Assembly (NCBI GenBank): GCA_963805125.1
Contig: CAWDTD010000014.1
Coordinates: 78,476-142,475, forward strand
Reading direction: 5' to 3'
From: an uncultured delta proteobacterium
GTDB taxonomy: Bacteria; Desulfobacterota; Syntrophobacteria; Syntrophobacterales; Syntrophobacteraceae
DNA: 64,000 nt
The position numbers and the translations under genes were made by a program. The notes under the pieces were generated by a model. It saw nothing but the letters and a program-made list of their open reading frames with translations, made no database searches and was not told the origin of the DNA. This document shows positions 53,790-63,791 of the stretch, piece after piece. Positions within the stretch are counted from its first letter, which is position 1; every line of letters starts with the position of its first letter.

Positions 53790-55340
53790 GGAATGATGCA
53801 TCATCTTCTTCGCTAAGCGCCCAAACTGCATGTAGGGATCGGATTTTTGCCCGAAAAACTTCCCCTGTTCCCCTAAAGCCCGTAAAACCATACGATTTTC
53901 AGATCGGACATGCAAGAGGTATCTCAGTGGGACCCGTTTTTGCGATTTCAGGACGCACCTCCATCCCCGGGGTTTTATAGTCCGCTTTCCGCCTGTCAGG
54001 GTTAAGGGGTGCAGGCGAAAATGATGCTATAATACCGGGCTAGTGGAAAAGCCGACGCAACATGAACATGCCACTTCCTGGCATGGTAGACCACTCTGGC
54101 TCCTACCTTTACAAGCCGCCTGATTATCGACTCTATGGACGGTTTGACGTTCTCGCCCCAGAACGCCGTATCCCGGATCATATGGAGCAGGTTATACGCG
54201 AGACACCCGACAAGAAGCCTTGCCTGATTCGCTCCAAACCGATGGCAACTCGTTTTGTCCCATCTGAGGGTATTCTTTCCCTCTTTTATCCGGTTTTCAA
54301 TCTCGGCACGACCATTGTGAATCGTAATTACCTTGTGGGCTTCAACATTTGAGTTGGTCACGATAAATCCAACACGAGGAAAGAGTTCACCGATGTGCCA
54401 TTCTATCTTACAGACAACCCTTCGGGCCTTATTCCATTTCTCCGCTTGGTAATGAAATTCGATCACCCTTACCTGAACGCCACTCTTTGGAGGACGACCG
54501 GCGGGTCGCTTCAGGTGTGGATGAATGAGCCTCTTTAGGCTGTTGTTGGTAGAGATGCGAATGAAGTAGGTGATGCGCTTCTGTTCGCAGAATTCGTAGA
54601 GATCGGGACCGGCAAACGCTGCATCCCCCCGGAGCCAAAACTGCTTGAACCATGGTCGGTAGCGATTGATCAGAGGCGAAATAAGATCGATGACCCCATC
54701 GGCTGAATGCGCGTTTCCAGGTCTCAGTTTTGCACCCAAAAGGTCCCCTTTGCTTGTGAAGCAAAACAGAGGATGGTAGCAGACCTGCTCGAAGTAACCG
54801 TTAAAGGCTGCGCCCTCTTGGTTTCCGTGGACGGGATCTTAGGTGGAATCTACATCGATGATGAGCCGCCGTTTGTTTCTGCGCCGAAGGAGGGTATCGA
54901 CGGATCGACTGATAGCATTTTCGAGGGCTTTTAAACCCTGGCCTGTTGCGAGAATCTTGTTCTCGAACCGGCAAAGTGCGGACTGGCTGGCGCCGCTTTC
55001 ATGTTCTTTTCCCAAGGCCAGCCGAAGTGCCGGGTCCATTCTCAGGTGATTGGCACTCATTGCAGTCCTCATAGCCTGCCGCAACCTGATAGACCCTCTG
55101 GCGAAGCAGTTGAAGCATGGCATGATCCGTATGGCGAGGTGATCTCAGATCATCAATTTGGGACGCCGCAGCACTAAGGATACTTAATAAACCGCTGATC
55201 GATCTCCCTCATGACAAGAAAGCCTGTATCGGATGTGATCTTTGCGCCCTGAAAATCAATGCTGATGGATCTGTCGAAATCCGGCCGTATGGTCCCTCCC
55301 TGTTTGTCACCAACTGCGCGCATGTAGCTTTCCCTCCGTA
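53790..55340 (-). mobile_element. Degenerate IS1380-family insertion sequence (boundaries approximate)
   Basis: It contains the decayed DDE transposase gene. Its 3' terminal roughly 160 bp are repeated at 33196-33355. Confidence 0.55.
54002..55323 (-). pseudogene. IS1380-family transposase with an in-frame TAA and at least two frameshifts
   Basis: MRAVGDKQGGTIRPDF...REIDQRF, shift, ILSAAASQIDDLRSPRHTDHAMLQLLRQRVYQVAAGYEDCN, shift, ANHLRMDPALRLALGK...LIIDVDST, TAA (54836-54838), then DPVHGNQEGAAFNGYFEQVCYHPLF...RAEIENRIKEGKNTL. Confidence 0.7.
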
Positions 55341-55492
55341 TTACGAATTTACGCGGTAATATCAGATAGTTGGGGCAAATGCATTATAATTGTCAGGCAT
55401 GCTCACGCATAATCTCAGGATTATAGGAATGGACAACGAGAATTCAATGCTTATTTATGAATCCGGGGAAGAGCTCACAGCAAAGGAGGACC

Positions 55493-55709
55493 ATGCCGGA
55501 GCGACCAAATGCAGTTGCCATGGATAGTTGTTATTGTATCGGTACCCTCCATGGACACTCCGGTTTGTGATCTGGAAACCCGCAAATTCAATCAAGAGGC
55601 CGCACAGTTAAGCGAACAGGTTATTGTGCTCGCCATTAGCATGGACCTGCCTTTTGCCCAAAAGACTCCGATCTCAGGTTCTATTATGTCGATCCGGGAC
55701 GCTGGTTAA
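55493..55709 (+). pseudogene. tpx: Thiol peroxidase (Tpx) remnant
   Basis: [46 protein letters not shown] is the Tpx core, but the N-terminal roughly 45 aa and the C-terminal half are missing or out of frame. Confidence 0.5.
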
Positions 55710-55830
55710 TGGAAAAAGGCAGGACGCGCCTTGACGGAACGGGCGGAATAAGCTGATAATTCAGGCTGTATCTTCCTGATACTGAATAATTTCCCCTGGT
55801 TCTAATTGCAAATTTAAAAAGGAGACCGCA

Positions 55831-56013
55831 ATGGCTGACAAGGTTGAAGTATGCATGTGCGAAAAGTGCGGGAACGAAGCTGAGATGACCATCTCCTGCC
55901 AGTGGATCGACGTGCGGGGACCATCCGGAGAAACCCGGAAAAAACAAAAAGAAACCAGGACATGCAAAGTCTGCGGCAATGAAGCAGACATGATTATTGA
56001 TTTTGATGACTAG
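55831..56013 (+). CDS. Small zinc-ribbon protein
   Basis: AGGAG Shine-Dalgarno. 60 aa with two CxxCGNEA(E/D)M repeats (CEKCGNEAEM and CKVCGNEADM). Confidence 0.55.
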   Translation: MADKVEVCMCEKCGNEAEMTISCQWIDVRGPSGETRKKQKETRTCKVCGNEADMIIDFDD

Positions 56014-56132
56014 CTGCTTGGCGCTTTTGGACGTCTTCAGGAATATGGGACCGAATACACGAAAAGTGAGCGGCCCCTTTTGACGTTTTTCCAGACACGG
56101 GAAAAGCAGGCGAACCATGACGGAGAAAAGAG

Positions 56133-56378
56133 ATGGAAAGTGATCGGAAGAACATGACTTGTGCTCACTGCGGCTATACAAGCGATGGGCGATTTGAGGG
56201 GGATATCTGCCCGCAATGCGGTCTGACGTATTGGAAATGCGGCAAGTGCGGTTTTCTCGTCACCTCTGCCAAACCTCCGGACACGTGTCCAGGATGCAGG
56301 GAGAGGTGCGATTTCCTCAATGTCACCTGCTATACGCCCGACTGTGGCGGACCTGGAGGTATTGATCCGCGGCTGTAG
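56133..56378 (+). CDS. Rubredoxin-like multi-CxxC zinc-ribbon protein
   Basis: CAHCG, CPQCG, CGKCG, CPGC and the C-terminal CDFLNVTCYTPDCGGPG. Confidence 0.55.
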   Translation: MESDRKNMTCAHCGYTSDGRFEGDICPQCGLTYWKCGKCGFLVTSAKPPDTCPGCRERCDFLNVTCYTPDCGGPGGIDPRL

Positions 56379-56533
56379 ACATTTATTGATGGCGGCCGGA
56401 AAGTTTTCCATTTCTGTCGGTGAGAAATCGAACCAGCCGGTGGCGGTCAAAAAGCTTGATTTGGAGCATGAGATGATGTAATTGCGGCTTGGATACTTAT
56501 CTCAATGAACATGGTAGCATAGGAGGTGGAGCA

Positions 56534-56788
56534 ATGAGTGTGGATCCAAAAGCTCTAGAATCTACAATCAGAGAAATGTACCCGGAGATTGTTAAACACG
56601 GTCTCTTGCTTTCCTTAAGCTTCGACACGGATACGGATGCCTGGATTGTTAAACTAAGTAAGGGAAAGCATGAACTGACAACCCACCTTGAGAAGAAAGA
56701 TGCAGAAGGCTGTCTTGATGGAATCCAATGCATCTACCTGGGAATACAGGTCGGTCAATTTGTCAAGAATTTCGAACTAAATGAATAG
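56534..56788 (+). CDS. Hypothetical 84-aa protein
   Basis: GGAGGTGG Shine-Dalgarno before ATG 56534. MSVDPKALESTIREMYPEIVKHGL. No recognised domain. Confidence 0.5.
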   Translation: MSVDPKALESTIREMYPEIVKHGLLLSLSFDTDTDAWIVKLSKGKHELTTHLEKKDAEGCLDGIQCIYLGIQVGQFVKNFELNE

Positions 56789-57078
56789 GAAAGTCCCAAC
56801 TGAGAGCGACAAGGGAGACATAATCGAAGTAAAATCGATCGAAGAGGTCCGGAACACCTTGCCGGATTAGCAAAGAGTAGTACCTGGCTCTGCTTTGCAG
56901 CTACCTTCAGGCTTTCGTGCGAGATAAGGAAATCGTATGGTTTCACGGACCTTGGGGATGTTCCGGAACCTTTTTCGGATAGAATCATCTCCAAAATGCT
57001 ATTCGGATACATAGCGCAAAGCTTGATGCATTATTCCGGATCGGACTGCCCGGCTCAACAAAAGGAGGAAAGGCGCAA

Positions 57079-57888
57079 ATGGCAATTATAACCATTTCGA
57101 GAGGCTCGTATAGCAAGGGCAAGGAAGTGGGCGAAAAAGTGGCTCGGAAGCTGGGCTACGAGTGTTACGCCCGTGAGGTCTTTCTCGAGGCTTCAAAAGA
57201 GTTCAACATCCCCGAATTGAAGCTGCTGAAGGCGGTACATGACGCTCCTTCCATTTTGGAAAGGTTCTCCTATGGCAAGGAGAAGTTCATAACATACTTT
57301 CAGTCCGCTCTTTTGAAGTGCTTTAGCAGGGACAACGTTGTCTATCACGGACTGGCCGGACATTTCTATGTCAAAGGTGTCTCCCACGTCCTCAAGGTTC
57401 GGATTATTGCCGACATGAAGGACCGGATTCAGATAGTGATGGACCGGGAAAAAATCTCCCGTGAAAGCGCCATTGAGCGGATCAAAAAGGACGACCTCGC
57501 AAGGCGCAAGTGGAGCCAGCATCTCTACGGGATCGATACCACAGACCCGATTTTGTACGATTTGGTGATCCGCGTGCGGAAAATGTCCGCCGATGACGCG
57601 GTGGACGTGATCTGCCATACCGTGGGACTGGATACTTTCAAGACGACCTTTGAGTCTCGCAAGGCAATGGAAGACCTGGCGCTGGCATCCGAAGTAAAAA
57701 CGACCCTGCTTGAGCTCAAACCCGACATCCAGGTATTGGTGCGCGACTCCATCGTTACTCTTGGCGCCAGCGCCAAGGTCATGAAAGACCCCGATCTGGC
57801 CCGGGAAATGGAAAGAATTGTCGGCGCCATTCCGGGTGTTAAAGGGGTCAACATCAAGTCTTCCCACCTGCTCGAATGGAGTGACTGA
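57079..57888 (+). CDS. Cytidylate-kinase-like family protein with a C-terminal BON-like domain
   Basis: MAIITISRGSYSKGKEVGEKVARKLGY (P-loop-like) and the C-terminal VRDSIVTLGASAKVMKDPDLAREMERIVGAIPGVKGVNIK. Confidence 0.65.
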   Translation: MAIITISRGSYSKGKEVGEKVARKLGYECYAREVFLEASKEFNIPELKLLKAVHDAPSILERFSYGKEKFITYFQSALLKCFSRDNVVYHGLAGHFYVKGVSHVLKVRIIADMKDRIQIVMDREKISRESAIERIKKDDLARRKWSQHLYGIDTTDPILYDLVIRVRKMSADDAVDVICHTVGLDTFKTTFESRKAMEDLALASEVKTTLLELKPDIQVLVRDSIVTLGASAKVMKDPDLAREMERIVGAIPGVKGVNIKSSHLLEWSD

Positions 57889-58317
57889 AGTGACTGAGCG
57901 GGAAAGTCGAGCCGCCATTATTTGTGATCCATTCCAACCCTGGGTTCCATATCCCGGAAAAGACGCTTCTTTATAAAAAAAGGGACTGGACTGCTCTGAG
58001 TGAAGCACGGGTTCTTCCGGAAGAAGCTCGCACGATCCTGGCTGAGATAGATGCCAATGGATTGGCAGTCGGCCCCGAGGACTTCCGACGCGGACTTGAA
58101 GTCGAACTCCGGCACGCACTGTGGAATCGCGGCGGATAGGCGCCCACTGATGAGGGCGCCGCTTTGGAAATCGGCAGTGGCATGTGGAACCGGACATTTT
58201 CGCAGGGTGCAAGTCTTTTTTCTGCGAAACGCCATATAAATATGGTTCGGCTGTTGACTGGTTATCGCAGGATAATTACTCTCCCATCACTGTGCATTGG
58301 AGTGGCATGCGTAAAAG

Positions 58318-58360
58318 CTGGTGCATTGTCAACTTAATTCCAACATGCTCAGAGCGGCAA
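58318..58360. mobile_element. Solo end of MITE family 4
   Basis: GTGCATTGTCAACTTAATTCCAACATGCTCAGAGCGGCA matches the reverse complement of 42685-42728. Confidence 0.5.
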
Positions 58361-58503
58361 TGCGTCATTTTAATATACTTCTCCATGAAAACGGCAGGGT
58401 TATCGAAGAAATCGGACCGCTCACCAATCGCGGCCCCTTCGATCCCATCCCGTTTTCAACGCAGGATAAAAACTGCCGCCCAACGCCGTTTTCATAGCCT
58501 TCA

Positions 58504-58783
58504 TACGGAGGTGCGCTCAGGATTGTAGTAACGCAAAAGAGCGGGGGAACGATTCCCCTCGATCTCCAGGCTCCGCCGGGCGCACACGCGCAAGCGCGTG
58601 TGGCCGGGCGCTCGGCGCCTCGCGGGGCGTGGAGATCGGCCGAAGGCCGCCGCCGCAAGCGCCGCCGTGAGCCGGATGGGTGGCCCGGACATCGAGAGCG
58701 GCGATGGGGGCGTGGGGGTTGGGGGGACAGCAGCTCCCCGCGCTTTTAAACGCTTTTAATACTCTCTTGAACCCAACTTCGTA
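58504..58783. mobile_element. MITE family 1, long (280 bp) copy
   Basis: TACGGAGGTGCGCTCAGG at one end and CTTGAACCCAACTTCGTA at the other. TCA duplicated at 58501-58503 and 58784-58786. Confidence 0.8.
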
Positions 58784-59037
58784 TCAGTTGCCAGGGGAAA
58801 GCTATCGTGGGTGCAAATGAGGATGGCGGCGGTATCACTTCTTTCCGGTTCTATCCGATCCACTGATGGATTTTGTTCCAAACTCTGGCGGGGACCACCG
58901 GAAAAGTGCCCGGTGCGCGGGACCGGGGGCAAGCAATTTTTCAAGGTGGGGGTGAGCCGTCGGAAAAGCCGCAAAGGTAACGGCCCGCGAATTGAGGAAA
59001 ACCAGCCAAATCCAATGGAATTACCAAGGAGTAAGAC

Positions 59038-59412
59038 ATGACGGAGAGATTAGAGGTTTATAAGTGTGAAATCTGTGGCAACATGGTATCCGTGGTCCAC
59101 GCAGGGGACGGCGCTTTGGTATGCTGTGGCGCTCCAATGAAACTTATGGTGGAAAACACCGTAGATGCTGCCAGGGAGAAGCATGTCCCGGTTATGGAAA
59201 AGACCGCCGAGGGCTTTAAAGTGAAAGTGGGGAGCCTGGCCCATCCCATGGAGCAGAACCACTACATCGAATGGATCGAAGTCATTGCCGACGGCAAAGC
59301 ATACCGCCAATTCCTGAATCCGGGAGAAGCACCGGAAGCCACTTTTGCCATCAAGGCCCAGAAGGTGGTGGCGCGGGAATACTGCAATCTCCACGGTCTG
59401 TGGAAAGCCTGA
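59038..59412 (+). CDS. dfx: Desulfoferrodoxin (2Fe superoxide reductase)
   Basis: N-terminal desulforedoxin motif [14 protein letters not shown] and the SOR centre motifs KHVPV, HPME and CNLHGLW. 124 aa. Confidence 0.92.
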   Translation: MTERLEVYKCEICGNMVSVVHAGDGALVCCGAPMKLMVENTVDAAREKHVPVMEKTAEGFKVKVGSLAHPMEQNHYIEWIEVIADGKAYRQFLNPGEAPEATFAIKAQKVVAREYCNLHGLWKA

Positions 59413-59640
59413 TCATTGCCGGAGTAAATAAAGAACTGTAAAAACAATTGCTTATATCAACCCTCCACGGTCGAGGCACTCCCGGGGCGGAGTTTCTCCG
59501 GAACAAATAGCATTAAATGGGCCTTCCGGGCGTTCCACGACCTTTTTCGAGCGGAATACAACCCCGAAGTGCGGTTCCACATCCGCCGGCGGTTAAGTTG
59601 ACGCTTTATTCAGGCTGGAACAAACCAAAGCGGAGGCTTT

Positions 59641-60387
59641 ATGGCCCGGTTATCCTGGAAAATGAAGGTCGCGCTTGTCCTCATGGGGTCCAGCGCGGCC
59701 CTGTCGCTGTTCCATGTATTTTTATTCGCAGATTTGCACTCCCTGCTTTTCTATCTTGCCCTCGATGTGGTTTTCGTGCCGATCCAGGTCCTGCTTGTAA
59801 CCGTTTTGATAGAGCGACTTATGAACGAAAGAGAAAAGCAGATAGTATTGAGAAAGTTGAATATGGTCATAGGAGCGTTTTTCGGGGAGATGGGCAACAG
59901 GCTGATAAACATTACGGGGGCCTCCTGCACGGACTTTTCATCACTGGAGCAGGCCCTTGCTGTTGCCAAGGATTGGAGAAAATCCCATTATGAGACTGCG
60001 TCGGAATTCATCCAAAGCTATCAGTTCAAGTTCGACCCGAACAAGGTGCAGTTACAGGACTTGAAAGATTTGCTTCTCAAAAACCGCAATTTCGTGCTGG
60101 GCCTTTTGCAGAACCCCAATCTTCTCGAACATGATAGATTTACCGACCTGCTCTGGGCCGTGTGCCACCTTACCGAAGAGCTTGAAGCGAGAAAAACCCT
60201 GCAAGAACTGCCCAGCTCCGACCTCAAACACCTGGAAGGCGACATTGAGCGGGCCTTCGGCCTTATTGTCCGGGAATGGCTGTCCTACATGCAGCATCTA
60301 AGAGGGCATTATCCGTACATGTATTCGCTCTCGGTGAGAACGAACCCGTTCAATCCAGCCGCCAGCCCTGTTGTTTTGAACGACTAG
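59641..60387 (+). CDS. Hypothetical membrane-anchored protein
   Basis: GGAGG Shine-Dalgarno, two N-terminal TM helices, then a helical soluble domain. No family recognised. Confidence 0.55.
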   Translation: MARLSWKMKVALVLMGSSAALSLFHVFLFADLHSLLFYLALDVVFVPIQVLLVTVLIERLMNEREKQIVLRKLNMVIGAFFGEMGNRLINITGASCTDFSSLEQALAVAKDWRKSHYETASEFIQSYQFKFDPNKVQLQDLKDLLLKNRNFVLGLLQNPNLLEHDRFTDLLWAVCHLTEELEARKTLQELPSSDLKHLEGDIERAFGLIVREWLSYMQHLRGHYPYMYSLSVRTNPFNPAASPVVLND

Positions 60388-60585
60388 CCCGGGTTCCCGC
60401 CTCAGGTAAAGGAATTAACACCATGGAGATTTCAGAGGAACCGGATATGCAGGCGTTTGCCACCCTCTGCCCCAAGAGGCCATAGAGGCTTGAGGCCATC
60501 AGGCTAAAGGGGTCAAAGGGTAAAGGGGTCAAGTCTCAGTATGACCCAACGACGGAATTCTCATGATACTTTGGCGGCGCATACC

Positions 60586-61380
60586 TTATTCGGGGTCCGT
60601 CGCCAAACGCTTTTTCATCGAATCAAGCACGCTGTCAACCGAGCTGTAACCTCGCAGACCGAAGGCTGAACCGATATCTGCGAAACTGTCCTTTCGCAAT
60701 TGACGAACCGGATGGATCGCCATGCCGCGCGGCTCATTGAACCATGCCCTGCTGGATTTCAACAATCCCGACCCGTCCAGCCGGTAATAGGAGCAGAGGG
60801 TCCGCTTTATGTCCTCGACATCCGGAGCGAGCGCCCGCGATTCAGGCGCCCGAGGCTGAGTTTTGAGTTCGAAGAACCGGGCCTTCGGTAGATCGACCGA
60901 TCCTTGCTCGCCAGGAAAGGGCGGCCATCTCTCGCCGCTGAATATCCGCGTGATCTCTTCCCGGTCCTCCAGCGCCGTAAACCTCCTCTACGCTGCCATT
61001 CGAGCATTCTTACGAGGCGAAAGGATGGAGAGAAAGAAGTCCCTGTAGAGCCAGTCCGGCCCTTTTGCGGAAGACGGATACCCCCCCTGTGGCCGCTCCA
61101 CGGGTACTGGTCCAGGCGCTCGGCAAGGCCCGCCCGCAGCGGATTCCTGTGTATGTAGCGGACCAATTGCAGCAGGAAAGAGTCTCCATCGACCAAAATC
61201 GCTTTAAACCGTCCTCGGAACAACTGCCCGTCACAACCGTGGGCCTTGTTGAATCGTTGGGTATGGACTCCGTTGACGTGGCGCATGTACCGGGAAAGGT
61301 TGCCCATGGGGGTATGAATCAATAAATGGTAATGGTCGGGCACCAGGCGGCAGGCGCTTATTGCGATGGAATAGTCGGTC
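60586..61380 (-). pseudogene. Y1 (IS200-like/RayT-like) transposase with a C-terminal DnaA-C-like HTH; N-terminally truncated, frameshifted, with an in-frame stop
   Basis: ISACRLVPDHYHLLIHT, GQLFRGRFK and LVRYIHRNPLRAGL (HxH and catalytic Y). The frame is lost at a G7 run (61081-61087, C7 on the plus strand). A TAG interrupts the resumed frame. The HTH tail is AIHPVRQLRKDSFADIGSAFGL. There is a subterminal hairpin GGGTCA..TGACCC after the stop. Confidence 0.7.
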
Positions 61381-61632
61381 CCATTGCAATATTCGAGTTT
61401 CTTTGATAAAATGAAATTAGAGGGGATCAATTGAGTTCGATCCTGCTCGCCTCTGAGACTACTTGAATCCGACCAATCAAGAATTAAAGTGCAGCGCGGA
61501 TTTCCGTCTGATTGAGGGGAAGAATTGACTGGCTGAGTTGGTTTCCGTGCGGGAAAGAACCCTCTCCGGATGGAAACCAACGGCGCCGGGTTCCCCCCTT
61601 TGACTGCTGGGCCGGCTTCCGGCAGATGTTCT

Positions 61633-62736
61633 ATGGACACGTGGAGCTTAATACGAAGGAAGGCTTTTTTGAAGAAGAAATATACCATACGGGATATAGC
61701 AAAGGTGGCCAATGTCTCACACATGACCGTTTCCCGGGTCCTCAATAAAGATCCCCAGGTACGCGAGACAACCAGGACCAAGGTCAGTGACGTGATCGCC
61801 GAGCTTGACTACGAACCGGACGCCCGTGCCCGCGCCTTTGTCACGAAGAAGTCCCACCTGCTCGGCCTGGTCGTCTCAGACATCAGCAACCCCTTCTACG
61901 CCGAGCTGTCCAGGGGCATTGAAGACAAGGCCTTTAAGATGGGCTACAACGTGATTTTCTGCAGCTCCGACGAGCAGACCCGCCGCACGGAGGCCTGCGT
62001 GAAGCATATGCTGCGCACCGGGGTGGACGGGTTCATCTTCGCCTCGGCGCACCTCAAGGAGCCTGCCGTAGAGAAGCTCATTGCCGAGGGCTTCCCCACG
62101 GTCCTGGTGAACCGGAAGCTCAGGGGATCCGACTACCACTATGTTGTCTGTAACAATTTTCAGGGGGCCTACGACATAACCCAATACCTCCTGAGCCTGG
62201 GCTACAGGAAAATCGCCATCATTTCAGGCCATTCCCACCTATCCACCGGCCTGGACCGCCTCAAGGGCTACCAAAAGGCCCTGGAGGACAAGCGGATTGC
62301 ACTGCGCCTGGACTATATTATCGAAGGACCCTTTACCCCGGAGACTGGCTACAATGCCGCCAAGAAGCTGCTGGCTCTCGAAGACAGGCCAGAGGCCATT
62401 TTTGCCGGGAACGACTACATTGCCAGGGGGGTCATGGAGGCCGTGGAGGAACTGGGACTGTCAATCCCCGAGGACGTGGCCCTCACAGGCTTTGACAACA
62501 CGACATTTGCGGCCAAGGGTGGCACCAAGCTCACTACGGTCAGCCAGGAGATATACGACATGGGCGACTTGGCTGTGCAAATACTTGTCGATACGATAGA
62601 ACGCAAGGGCCTCGAGTATACCCACAATGTTGTGTTGAAGGCCAAGATAACTGTACGCGAGTCCTGCGGATGGAAACTGCGCAAAAAACAGCCTTGCCCG
62701 ATTTCTTCTACGGGACCTGCAAAAACGCCCTCATGA
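61633..62736 (+). CDS. LacI-family transcriptional regulator
   Basis: HTH YTIRDIAKVANVSHMTVSRVLN followed by a periplasmic-binding-protein-like sugar-binding core. The start choice is uncertain. Confidence 0.85.
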   Translation: MDTWSLIRRKAFLKKKYTIRDIAKVANVSHMTVSRVLNKDPQVRETTRTKVSDVIAELDYEPDARARAFVTKKSHLLGLVVSDISNPFYAELSRGIEDKAFKMGYNVIFCSSDEQTRRTEACVKHMLRTGVDGFIFASAHLKEPAVEKLIAEGFPTVLVNRKLRGSDYHYVVCNNFQGAYDITQYLLSLGYRKIAIISGHSHLSTGLDRLKGYQKALEDKRIALRLDYIIEGPFTPETGYNAAKKLLALEDRPEAIFAGNDYIARGVMEAVEELGLSIPEDVALTGFDNTTFAAKGGTKLTTVSQEIYDMGDLAVQILVDTIERKGLEYTHNVVLKAKITVRESCGWKLRKKQPCPISSTGPAKTPS

Positions 62737-62797
62737 CTTGGAGCCGGATTGTCCTCATCACCCCTTGCTTCATTCTTGCCTGCTGCAAATTCGGCAA

Positions 62798-63706
62798 TCA
62801 TTCAGATGATCGCTTGAGAAAAAGAGGGTCAAGATACTCCGGGTCGGGGTACGTATAGAAACCCTTTCCAGTCTTTATTCCCAATTCGCCGCGCTCGATT
62901 TTGTCTTTTAAGGCTGGCGGAGGCAAGTCCTTGGGATCACCGGAGCTGTTATAATAAACCATCTCTATGCCATAAACGACATCCAACCCAACTTTATCCA
63001 TCAAGGCAAACGGACCTTCCTTCATCCCTGTGAAGACCATCCAGCCTCTGTCTATATCCTGGAAATCCACAAAGTCGTTCCCCCACATGTATAATACTTC
63101 TTTCTTGACGGCTCGCCAGACCCGATTGAAACAAAAGCCAAGGAGTTCCTTTTTGACCCTCAAGGGAATACAGCCTATGGAACGTACCCAGGCAATGCCG
63201 GTTTCCATGACCTCGGGCAAGGTCTTGGTTCCACCCATCACATCGACATGATTGACGCCCTGCAAAGGAAAGTAGAAATGTATATTGAGCGATCGCTCGG
63301 GGCGGCCGCCGCTTTCTTCCAGCAACGATACCGCAATGGATGAACTGTTGGTAGCTAAAATGGCGTTGGGCCCTGCCTGTTCACCCATTCTTTTCCAAAC
63401 CTGGCGTTTGAGGTTCAAATCTTCCGGGACCGCTTCTATAACCAGGTCTGCATCTTTCACCGCATCGCCCAACTTGCTGACTTGCGTGATGCCGGCCTTG
63501 GCGGAATCCCATCTGTCCCACGGCACCAACGGAGACACACCTTTGTTTTCAAGGTCACTGCGCGTTTTCTGCAAAGACCGATCAAAAGCGTTTTCATCAG
63601 CATCATAAATCTTTACCCGGTAACTCGCATCGGCCGCAAGCAAGGCAATCTGGCTGCCTAATGTACCGGAACCTATCACTGCGAATCTGTTCAATGGCTT
63701 TGGCAT
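62798..63706 (-). CDS. 3-hydroxyacyl-CoA (3-hydroxybutyryl-CoA) dehydrogenase family protein
   Basis: Rossmann motif FAVIGSGTLGSQIA, NSSS, and a C-terminal dimerisation domain with GELGIKTGKGFY. Confidence 0.82.
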   Translation of the reverse strand: MPKPLNRFAVIGSGTLGSQIALLAADASYRVKIYDADENAFDRSLQKTRSDLENKGVSPLVPWDRWDSAKAGITQVSKLGDAVKDADLVIEAVPEDLNLKRQVWKRMGEQAGPNAILATNSSSIAVSLLEESGGRPERSLNIHFYFPLQGVNHVDVMGGTKTLPEVMETGIAWVRSIGCIPLRVKKELLGFCFNRVWRAVKKEVLYMWGNDFVDFQDIDRGWMVFTGMKEGPFALMDKVGLDVVYGIEMVYYNSSGDPKDLPPPALKDKIERGELGIKTGKGFYTYPDPEYLDPLFLKRSSE

Positions 63707-63791
63707 AAAGGTACTCTTAAAATTTTGAAGTGGATTGAGTGAAAAGCGATTCCAATTGTCACCATGGGGTCTTTGAAATCAAAACTGCTTG

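Noticed and set aside
57924-58139. 71-aa ORF with GLEVELRH (reminiscent of small GLEVELEH-motif proteins)
   Set aside because: It has a GTG start without a Shine-Dalgarno. The motif is followed immediately by a stop, and the expected continuation is readable only partly in another frame. It is at best another gene fragment, and there is not enough support to list it.
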